This document shows positions 9,885-17,512 of a stretch of DNA of 64,000 nucleotides, one piece after another; position 1 is the stretch's first letter, and the number at the start of each line of letters is the position of its first letter. Position numbers and translations under genes: made by a program. A model generated the notes under the pieces. That model was not told the origin of the DNA. It searched no databases and saw nothing but the letters and a program-made list of their open reading frames with translations. Where the stretch lies: NCBI GenBank assembly GCA_937899245.1, contig CALDKB010000056.1, forward strand, positions 347 through 64,346. Reading direction: 5' to 3'. Source of the stretch: an uncultured Bacteroidales bacterium (GTDB taxonomy: Bacteria; Bacteroidota; Bacteroidia; Bacteroidales; ML635J-15).

Positions 9885-10451
9885 ATGGCAACAACAACAG
9901 CAGACATTAGAAAAGGTTTAGCAATTGAACTTGAAGGAAAACTTTACATTGTAGTTGATTTTCAGCACGTAAAGCCAGGTAAGGGCCCAGCTTTTGTACG
10001 TACAAGACTTAAGAGCCTTGAAAACGGCAGAACAATCGATAAGACTTTCAGTTCTGGTGTGGCAATCAACCCAGTTAGAATCGAACGTCGTCCTTATCAG
10101 TTTGTTTACAAGGATGATATGGGCTACAACTTCATGCACATGGAAACATTCGAGCAGATTACTATTTCTGAAGATGTGATTGACGGTGTTGAATTTCTTA
10201 AGGAAGGACAGAATGTAGAAGTTGTAATGCACGCAGATACAGAAACTCCACTTTCTTGCGAATTGCCACCATTCATCGAAACTGTCGTAACCTACACAGA
10301 ACCAGGTCTTAAGGGCGATACAACTACTAATGCCTTGAAACCAGCAACTATCGATACTGGCGCACAGGTTATGGTTCCTTTGTTCATCGAAATCGGAGAA
10401 AGGATTATCGTCGACACCCGTACAAAGGAATATTCGGAAAGAGCAAAATAA
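9885..10451 (+). CDS. efp: Elongation factor P
   Basis: 188 aa. Contains [38 protein letters not shown], including the conserved KPGKG loop. Confidence 0.95.
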   Translation: MATTTADIRKGLAIELEGKLYIVVDFQHVKPGKGPAFVRTRLKSLENGRTIDKTFSSGVAINPVRIERRPYQFVYKDDMGYNFMHMETFEQITISEDVIDGVEFLKEGQNVEVVMHADTETPLSCELPPFIETVVTYTEPGLKGDTTTNALKPATIDTGAQVMVPLFIEIGERIIVDTRTKEYSERAK

Positions 10452-10464
10452 GTTTCTTTCTGGC

Positions 10465-11466
10465 ATGGAAGACAATAGAAACACATTTAGCGCAACAGAT
10501 GTGCTACTTCTCATTTGTGAGAAGTGGCGACATCTGTTGATTATTTGTTCCGTGGCGTTTGTTGTTTCTGTTATTGTAAGTTTTTCCATACATCCTAAAT
10601 ATAAATCTACAGTAATACTATATCCCGCAAATTCGACTTCTGTATCGCAGACGCTTGCCACAGACGTGACAACGCAGAAGGGGCTTCTGCAGTTCGGCGA
10701 GGACGAAGAGGTTGAACAGCTCATGCAGGTACTGCAGTCGAACGAAATCAGGGATCGTATTGTCGAAAAATACAACCTCATTGAGCATTACCGCATTTCT
10801 CCGGATTCAAAGTACTTGTACACCACTTTGTTTGGCAAGTATGATGACAATGTAAGAATATCGCGTACCGAATATACTTCTGTAAAGATTGATGTCCTTG
10901 ACGAAAGTCCGGATACTGCTGCAATGATTGCCAACGATATTTCCTACCTTCTTGACACAGTTTACTCGAGAATGCAGAAGGAAAGGGCAATGAAGGCATT
11001 CATGATAGTTGAGAATGAGCTAAAGGAGCAGGAAGCAACTGTAAAAGGCATAAAGGATTCGCTTGAAATCCTAAGTATGTTAGGTGTAATTGATGTTAGG
11101 TCGCAGACTGAAATGTACAGCGAGCAATATGCAATTGCCCTGGCAAGCGGAAATAGTCATAATGTAAAGGAAATAGAGTCGAAGCTTGATACGCTGGCAA
11201 AATATGGCAGCGCACATTCGACTTTGAAGGAACGACTTATAGAGGAGGTGCAGACTCTCACTTTAAGGAAGAATAAATATAGGGAAGCCAAGATAGAACT
11301 GGAACAGGATCTGCCTAATGCCTTTATTGTAAACAAGGCCGAAAAGGCGGAGAAGAAAACCTATCCTATCCGCTGGCTGATTGTGCTGACAAGTGTTGTT
11401 TCAACATTTCTTGTGGCACTGATTGTCCTTGCCATAATGGCAAGCATAAAAAAAAAACAACGATAA
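10465..11466 (+). CDS. Wzz-like polysaccharide chain-length determinant family protein (copy 1)
   Basis: 333 aa. It has an N-terminal TM followed by HPKYKSTVILYPAN, a long coiled periplasmic region and a C-terminal TM (PIRWLIVLTSVVSTFLVALIVLAIM). Confidence 0.7.
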   Translation: MEDNRNTFSATDVLLLICEKWRHLLIICSVAFVVSVIVSFSIHPKYKSTVILYPANSTSVSQTLATDVTTQKGLLQFGEDEEVEQLMQVLQSNEIRDRIVEKYNLIEHYRISPDSKYLYTTLFGKYDDNVRISRTEYTSVKIDVLDESPDTAAMIANDISYLLDTVYSRMQKERAMKAFMIVENELKEQEATVKGIKDSLEILSMLGVIDVRSQTEMYSEQYAIALASGNSHNVKEIESKLDTLAKYGSAHSTLKERLIEEVQTLTLRKNKYREAKIELEQDLPNAFIVNKAEKAEKKTYPIRWLIVLTSVVSTFLVALIVLAIMASIKKKQR

Positions 11467-11543
11467 GCTTTGCACCGAAGCATGTTCGGATTAGCAAGCC
11501 AAATGCAAAAAAATTGGAATTTATAATACCTAATTACGAGACA

Positions 11544-12491
11544 ATGGAAAGTTATTTCAAGACAAAAAGCATTTTCGATTTGATTTTGAAATGGAAATGG
11601 CACATTTTGATTATTACTGTAATCGCTGGTGCTTTGGGCGTTGTGTTCTCAATGCCGTATTTCATACATCCGAAGTTTAAGTCTACGGCAACTGTATACC
11701 CGGCAAACATTATTTGCTTCTCTGATGAATCGGAATCAGAACAGATGCTTGAGCTTTTGGAATCATCTGACATTAAGTTTAAGGTAATAGAGAAATACGA
11801 TCTTTATAATCATTACGGAATTGATCCTAACGCACAGTCTTCATTGGCAAAGATGATGACTTACTACGAAGACAATGTTATTATTGAAAAGACTCCAAAC
11901 GATGCAATTAACATTACCGTTTGTGATGAAGATCCTCAGGTTGCATGCGACATGGTCCAATCAATAATAGATATCTATGACCAGATGGTGCTTGCCCTCA
12001 ATGCTGAAAAATCGCAGGAAACATTGAATATTTATATTTCTTCGTGCAAGGAGAAGGAACAACTTATTGATAGTTTGTCGAAGACACTAAATAAATTGTC
12101 GTCTGAGTACGGACTTATTGATATGGAATCACAGGTAAAGGCATATAGCGAAGCAATAGCACAGGGTAAAAATATCAGCGAGGCACATTCTATGCTCGCC
12201 AACTGGCAGACTTATGGTCACGAATACAACAAGACCGACTCCTTGCTTTTTGCAGCTATACAGCGATACGAGAAGGATGTCAAGATATGTGAGGACACCA
12301 AGCGTGATATTGAAAAGGTGCAGACATTCTCACATGTAATTTCAAAACCATTTCCTGCCGACAAGAAGTTCTATCCGGTGCGCTGGATTATCGTCCTGCT
12401 TTCTGCTATTGGCGGTTGCCTGATAGGAATTGTTGCAGTAGCCATTGTTGAAGGTTGTAGAAAGGCCACAAAAGTTGACTCCCAAGACTAA
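11544..12491 (+). CDS. Wzz-like chain-length determinant family protein (copy 2, tandem paralogue)
   Basis: Same architecture as copy 1 (HPKFKSTATVYPAN ... PVRWIIVLLSAIGGCLIGIVAVAIV). ATG 11544 is preferred over the track's TTG 11514 because it aligns with the copy-1 N-terminus. Confidence 0.7.
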   Translation: MESYFKTKSIFDLILKWKWHILIITVIAGALGVVFSMPYFIHPKFKSTATVYPANIICFSDESESEQMLELLESSDIKFKVIEKYDLYNHYGIDPNAQSSLAKMMTYYEDNVIIEKTPNDAINITVCDEDPQVACDMVQSIIDIYDQMVLALNAEKSQETLNIYISSCKEKEQLIDSLSKTLNKLSSEYGLIDMESQVKAYSEAIAQGKNISEAHSMLANWQTYGHEYNKTDSLLFAAIQRYEKDVKICEDTKRDIEKVQTFSHVISKPFPADKKFYPVRWIIVLLSAIGGCLIGIVAVAIVEGCRKATKVDSQD

Positions 12492-13929
12492 GATAGTACT
12501 ATTTTATGCGATAGCTGCTCTCTTCGTTATCATCGACTGTTACATGATAGCTGTTGAGCAGACCTATCTGTTTAATCTGCTACCTGTAGCCATAATCTTA
12601 ATAGCTGCACTCTTTTTTGCTCTCGACAAGATGATGATGCTGGCGGTGTTCTGCGTACCGCTGTCGGTTCCTCTTGTTCACTTTTTGCCAGGATTGGGTT
12701 TTAACGTGGACATTCCAACCGAACCGCTGTTCGTGAGCATCATGTTTATTTTTATACTGAAGCTGATACTCGAACGCAATTACGACAAGAAAATACTTAA
12801 GCATCCTATTACAATAATGATAATATTGTACATGTTGTGGCGTCTTGTAACTGTAATGACAAGCACCATGCCTTTGGTTTCGCTTAAGTACTGGCTGGCT
12901 TCCTTATGGTTTATACTGCCGTTTTTCTTCTTTGGCATTCTTATGTATCGTAACAGCAAAAACCTATACAAGTTTTTCTTCCTGTATGCAATCCCGTTTG
13001 CCGGAGTAATAATATTTACGTTGATCAAGCATTCTGCTTATGCTTTCGACCAGCATATTGGTAATGGCATAATGCTTCCATTCTATAATGACCATACGTC
13101 TTATGGCGCTGCAATGGCAATGTTTATTCCCTTCCTTGTCGGAATGATTTTTACCAATAGTATTCAGCGTAAATGGAAGTTTTTTTCGGCCGTATTGCTC
13201 CTTGTTTTTACAGTCGGAATAGTATTCTCGTACACTCGTGCCGCATGGTTGAGCCTAATCGGTGCATTGGGATTATATTTGATCCTAAAATTCAAAATCA
13301 ATTACAAGCTGGTACTGGTGGCTGGTTTCATTTGCTTTGGCGCTCTTGCTGTATATCAGAGCCAGATTCTCTTCAAGATGGAAGGCAACAAGGTCGAGTC
13401 TTCAAGCGATTTCTCAAAGCACATCAAGTCGATAAGCAATGTGTCGTCCGACGCATCTAACCTTGAGCGAATAAACAGATGGAATTGTGCCGTGAGAATG
13501 TTCAAGGAGAAACCGGTTTTTGGATGGGGACCAGGAACTTATCAGTTCAAGTACGCTCCTTTCCAGCATTCCGATGAAAAGACAATAATCAGCACTAATG
13601 CCGGCGATGGAGGAAATGCACATAGCGAGTATCTTGGTTCGCTTTCAGAATCTGGATTGCTTGGCATGCTGAACTATATTGCATTGTGCATTATTATTTA
13701 TGTGTTTGGAACAAAAACTTACCACAAACTTGAGGACAAGAAGCTGAAAATGCTTGTTGCTTCCGCATTGTGCGGACTTATGACATACTTTATTCATGGT
13801 ATGCTCAACAATTTCCTCGATATCGACAAAATTGCTGTTCCTTTCTGGGGGTTTGCTGCCATGATTGTAGCGATTGACCTATATTATTCGGGCGAAAATT
13901 CCGAAGAAAAAATATCACATAAAGAATAA
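12445..13929 (+). CDS. O-antigen ligase / Wzy_C family membrane protein
   Basis: About 10 or more TM helices. Wzy_C-like core FSYTRAAWLSLIGALGLYLIL and NAHSEYLGSLSESGLLG. The start is uncertain: TTG 12445 overlaps the upstream gene by 47 nt, and the next ATG at 12544 would truncate TM1. Confidence 0.7.
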   Translation: MLKVVERPQKLTPKTKIVLFYAIAALFVIIDCYMIAVEQTYLFNLLPVAIILIAALFFALDKMMMLAVFCVPLSVPLVHFLPGLGFNVDIPTEPLFVSIMFIFILKLILERNYDKKILKHPITIMIILYMLWRLVTVMTSTMPLVSLKYWLASLWFILPFFFFGILMYRNSKNLYKFFFLYAIPFAGVIIFTLIKHSAYAFDQHIGNGIMLPFYNDHTSYGAAMAMFIPFLVGMIFTNSIQRKWKFFSAVLLLVFTVGIVFSYTRAAWLSLIGALGLYLILKFKINYKLVLVAGFICFGALAVYQSQILFKMEGNKVESSSDFSKHIKSISNVSSDASNLERINRWNCAVRMFKEKPVFGWGPGTYQFKYAPFQHSDEKTIISTNAGDGGNAHSEYLGSLSESGLLGMLNYIALCIIIYVFGTKTYHKLEDKKLKMLVASALCGLMTYFIHGMLNNFLDIDKIAVPFWGFAAMIVAIDLYYSGENSEEKISHKE

Positions 13930-14285
13930 TGGCCAAGCACAACGAACTAGGAAAAGCTGGTGAGGAAATGGCTGCGAATCTTTTGATTTCCAAAGGATAC
14001 GAAATTCTTGAACGCCAATGGCGGTACAAGCACAAGGAGATTGACATCATTGCAAAAAAGGGCAACACTATTTCGATAGTTGAGGTTAAAACCCGCAGTT
14101 CGGAAAAGTTCGGTACAGCATCAGACTTTATTACAGAAAATAAAATGGATTTTTTAGCAGAGGCCGCCGAGGAATATGTTGAGTCAATAAACTTTGACGG
14201 CAACCTGCAGTTTGACGTTGTGGTAATATTTGCCATTGATGGAAACTTTAAGGTTGAACATATTGAAAATGCTTTTGTTTCATAA
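13929..14285 (+). CDS. YraN family (UPF0102) endonuclease-like protein
   Basis: 118 aa. Contains GKAGEEMAANLLISKGYEILERQWRYKHKEIDIIAKKGNTISIVEVKTR. The ATG overlaps the upstream TAA (TAATG). Confidence 0.85.
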   Translation: MAKHNELGKAGEEMAANLLISKGYEILERQWRYKHKEIDIIAKKGNTISIVEVKTRSSEKFGTASDFITENKMDFLAEAAEEYVESINFDGNLQFDVVVIFAIDGNFKVEHIENAFVS

Positions 14286-14295
14286 TTTGAATGAT

Positions 14296-15207
14296 ATGAA
14301 AAGGACACTTGTTTCATTGCTTTTTTTAATCGTTGCCGTTGTATCTTCGGCACAAATAGTTCCGACTGCAACCTACGAATTTGTTAAGCGCGACAGCTCT
14401 CTGTATCTCGACTTTTATAAAGCTGACAATTCAGCCGAAAATTATACCTTGGTTTTCGTCTTTGGCGGCGGGTTCATTACCGGTACACGCAACGACAGCG
14501 CATATCTTCCTTATTATAAGATGCTTGTTGAAAGAAACTTCAATGTTGTGGCGATAGACTACCGGCTTGGAATGAAGGGAGCAAAGAATGTAGGCATCTT
14601 TAACCGCAAGCCAGTGGAAAACTCAATTGCCTTTGCCGCCGAAGACCTGCTTACGGCGACAAAATATCTAATTGACCACGAAAATGAAATGCAGATAGAT
14701 AGCAAAAAGCTGATAATTGCCGGTTCGAGTGCAGGGGCAATAACCGTTTTGCAAGCCGACTATGAGCTTTGCAATCGCACAAAATTGGGACAAATTCTGC
14801 CCGAAGGTTTCCGTTATGCCGGTGTAATGTCGTTTGCTGGTGCTATTTATTCGAAAAACGGGAAGATTAAGTATTGCAAGCAGGATCCTGCTCCGACAAT
14901 GATGCTGCACGGAATAAACGACCGTCTTGTAACTTACAAGCAGCTTAAGTTGTTTAATGTCGGTTTCATTGGTAGCAGCAAGATTGTAAAGCAATTTGAG
15001 AAATTTGGTCATCCATATTACATGGTTCGCTTCAACGATTTGGGGCACGAGGTTGCCGGCCGCATGATTGCCGACTTCGACAAGGAAATGTGGTTCATCG
15101 ACAACTATATTATTAAAGGGACAAAGCTTCACCGCGACGACTATATCGACGACCCGAGCATAGAGCGCTATAAGTTTGGCGGCTGGAAGCCGAGCGACCT
15201 GTACTAG
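14296..15207 (+). CDS. Secreted alpha/beta hydrolase (esterase/lipase type)
   Basis: Signal peptide MKRTLVSLLFLIVAVVSSAQ from ATG 14296. Oxyanion-type FGGGFITG and nucleophile elbow AGSSAGA (GxSxG). Confidence 0.8.
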   Translation: MKRTLVSLLFLIVAVVSSAQIVPTATYEFVKRDSSLYLDFYKADNSAENYTLVFVFGGGFITGTRNDSAYLPYYKMLVERNFNVVAIDYRLGMKGAKNVGIFNRKPVENSIAFAAEDLLTATKYLIDHENEMQIDSKKLIIAGSSAGAITVLQADYELCNRTKLGQILPEGFRYAGVMSFAGAIYSKNGKIKYCKQDPAPTMMLHGINDRLVTYKQLKLFNVGFIGSSKIVKQFEKFGHPYYMVRFNDLGHEVAGRMIADFDKEMWFIDNYIIKGTKLHRDDYIDDPSIERYKFGGWKPSDLY

Positions 15208-15213
15208 ATGCTG

Positions 15214-15246
15214 CGCAATTCCTAAATTGCGGATTATAATATTTTT
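15214..15246 (+). terminator. Candidate terminator after the hydrolase gene
   Basis: CGCAATT-ccta-AATTGCG forms a 7-bp stem, with a T-rich stretch (ATATTTTTG) shortly after. Confidence 0.4.
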
Positions 15247-15254
15247 GTTCCTGT

Positions 15255-15280
15255 CCTATGCAAAACATCTTTTGCATAGG
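15255..15280. terminator. Strong hairpin between convergent genes (no U-tract)
   Basis: CCTATGCAAAA-catc-TTTTGCATAGG forms an 11-bp perfect stem. Confidence 0.3.
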
Positions 15281-15622
15281 GGAAAAGGACATATGCACGC
15301 TTTCAGAGATGTTGAACGTATGGTACACAATGTGGGTTCGATCTGCTTTATGGAATGACAAATCGTTTTTAGCGGGCACCAATAGTTTTTTTATTGCTCC
15401 GCCCGTTAATTAATAGGTGAGTTCTATATACTCCATGTCGTTGAAATTTGTCATGCCATAAGTCGGAAAATGATTTAGGGCATCTTCCTTCGAACATGCT
15501 TGCATTTCATTAGACGAGGGGCCGTGCTCACAATTGTTTATATCGTCTTCCTCCTTTAATCCAGTAAAACTTGTTTCGGATACTATCGTGCTGTTTTTTA
15601 GCTCTGTAGAAAAATATTCGCA

Positions 15623-16048
15623 TCACGATTCTCCTTCGTCAGACGTAAGATTTCCTATATGACATACACTTATTACAATATGATTGCTGCCATATTCGGC
15701 TGAATAATATAGCCCAAAAGTTGAAGCAAGTTCCGTAATCTGTTCGGCACTGGAAATTATATCAGCATTCTTGGCGTAAACAAAATAGCTGTCGTCGCCA
15801 TAAGCTACAATCTCCTCTCGGTTGTCGCCATCGATATCAACTTGACAGTAGCGTTCGAACTGCTGTGATTTTAGAAAATTGACAATGATTCCTGTTTCTA
15901 CGTCTGGGGACTCTATTGATTGCTCTGATAATATCTTTTCGCTTTCTTGTGTTACAACTGAATCTGCATTTTCGCTGTTGTCGTTCTGCTTAGCATTGCA
16001 TCCAACTAACAATATTGCAAATGTAGCAAGAAATAAAAGCTTTCTCAT
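15623..16048 (-). CDS. Lipoprotein of unknown function, ending at a TGA that is followed by a 70-codon in-frame open extension to 15410 (see findings)
   Basis: ATG 16048 gives MRKLLFLATFAILLVGCNAKQ, a lipobox. The track's 16072 start is a TTG. The stop is TGA at 15625..15623. Confidence 0.6.
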   Translation of the reverse strand: MRKLLFLATFAILLVGCNAKQNDNSENADSVVTQESEKILSEQSIESPDVETGIIVNFLKSQQFERYCQVDIDGDNREEIVAYGDDSYFVYAKNADIISSAEQITELASTFGLYYSAEYGSNHIVISVCHIGNLTSDEGES

Positions 16049-16084
16049 TTTATTGAGGTGTAATGTTGTCAAATGCTAAATAAA

Positions 16085-17174
16085 TTATTGCCTGCCAAAT
16101 TCCATTAGGTAAGTCTTGATGAATTCGTTGATATCTCCATCGAGAACAGCCTGTACATTGCCTGTTTCGTAACCTGTGCGTAAGTCCTTCACTAGCTTGT
16201 ATGGTTGCAAGACATAGTTGCGAATTTGTGAACCCCATTCTATTCTGCGCTTCTGACCTTCTATCTTGTCCTTTTCCTCCTGTTGCTTTCGCAGTTCTAG
16301 TTCGTATAGTTGCGATTTCAGCAGACGCAAGGCGTTTTCGCGGTTTTTCAACTGCGAACGAGTTTCCATGTTCTCGATGACAATGCCTGTAGGGATATGT
16401 TTCAGTCGTACGGCGGTTTCCACCTTGTTGACATTTTGTCCGCCGGCGCCGCTACTACGGAAAGTGTCCCATTCGATGTCGGCAGGGTTTATTTCTATTT
16501 CAATTGTGTCGTCGACAAGCGGATAAACAAAAACTGAAGCAAACGAAGTATGCCTTTTGTGGGCTGCGTCGAAAGGCGAAAGGCGCACCAGACGGTGAAC
16601 TCCGTTTTCACTCTTGAGATAGCCGTAAGCAAATTCGCCAGACAGACTCATTGTCAACGACTTGATACCAACGGAGTCGCCATCCTGACGGTCGATGAGC
16701 TGAATTTTGTAGCCGTTGTCTTCCGCCCAACGTGTGTACATGCGGTAGAGCATGTCGGCCCAGTCGTTGCTTTCGGTTCCGCCGGCACCCGAATTTATTG
16801 TCATGACTGCATCAAGGGAATCTTCCTCGGCATCAAGCATGTTTTTCAATTCGAGCGATTCGATGACGGAAATGCACTTGTCAAATTCGGCATCCATTTC
16901 GGCTTCTGAAATGTCCTCCGACTTGAAGAAATCATACATCACCTCTGTGTCGTCAAGCTTGGCGGCAACAGCATCATATTCTACAATCCACTTCTTTACG
17001 TCGCTGATTTTCTTCAGAGTCGCTTCTGCGCTTTCGGGATTGTCCCAAAAATCACCAGCTTCGGTTTTGGAGTTTTCTGCTTTTACAAATTCGCGCTTGG
17101 CATCTATGTCAAAGATACCTCCTCAAGTCGTCCACACGCTTGCGGGCTTCTTTAATCTTTTCGAGTGTTACCAT
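16085..17174 (-). CDS. prfB: Peptide chain release factor 2, made by a programmed +1 frameshift: complement(join(16085..17110,17112..17174))
   Basis: Frame 0 reads [21 protein letters not shown] then TGA (17111..17109). The +1 frame continues [10 protein letters not shown]... into the 285-aa track ORF, which carries SPF (RLSPFDA) and GGQ ([10 protein letters not shown]) motifs. The total is about 362 aa. Confidence 0.93.
17108..17123 (-). promoter_or_regulatory. prfB: prfB +1 recoding site AGGAGG-TAT-CTT-TGA-C
   Basis: An SD-like AGGAGG lies 3 nt upstream of the slippery CTT TGA C. This is the canonical RF2 autoregulatory site. Confidence 0.9.
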
Positions 17175-17196
17175 CGGTATGAATAAATTTTGGGTA

Positions 17197-17204
17197 CAAA
17201 AATA
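17197..17204 (-). promoter_or_regulatory. -7 box TATTTTTG upstream of prfB
   Basis: Match to TAnnTTTG, 22 nt before ATG 17174. Confidence 0.4.
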
Positions 17205-17457
17205 CCATTTTTAGGTGAATTCCTGCCGAGTGTGATGAAAAATTGTTTGCATATTGGCTTGGCGTACACCTTGTGTCATGATTGTATGAAATCATTTATA
17301 TAGTCCATAATTGTTTTGACTATTTTTTGTGAATCACAAATAATGAAAGGCCTTGGCAAAAACAGAATGTTTTATCTTCATTCTATGGTTTTATATCGTA
17401 TTATCGGTTATAGGGCTAAAATAAGGCAATGTGCTTTTTAAAGTCAAAAATAATTCT

Positions 17458-17465
17458 TAATTTTG
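17458..17465 (+). promoter_or_regulatory. -7 box TAATTTTG upstream of the carboxyltransferase gene
   Basis: Match to TAnnTTTG, 47 nt before ATG 17513. Confidence 0.35.
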
Positions 17466-17512
17466 AACACGAATTTTTCTTTTTTTAAAAAAGGAAGCAA
17501 AAACAAAATACA

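Noticed and set aside
9918-10781. A 287-aa minus-strand ORF spanning efp and the first Wzz-like gene. Similar long antisense ORFs occur at 367..807, 18437..19249, 29642..30190, 32418..33260, 34202..34816, 35131..35706, 43707..44246, 44460..45098, 52596..53147, 59328..59813 and 60781..61332.
   Set aside because: Each lies antisense to a gene with unambiguous family motifs. Their translations are Cys/Phe/Val/Ser-rich with no recognisable domains, signal peptides or promoter boxes. Stop-codon depletion in the antisense frame of well-expressed genes is a known compositional artefact.
15623-15625. The in-frame TGA as selenocysteine, or as evidence for a TGA-sense genetic code (code 4 or 25).
   Set aside because: I see no convincing stem-loop of SECIS type within about 60 nt downstream, and an exported lipoprotein is an unlikely selenoprotein. 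A reassigned TGA is contradicted by two observations: an intact prfB whose autoregulatory frameshift depends on TGA being read as stop, and the PPTase gene ending sensibly at TGA. Read-through or a pseudogene remain the live options (see findings).
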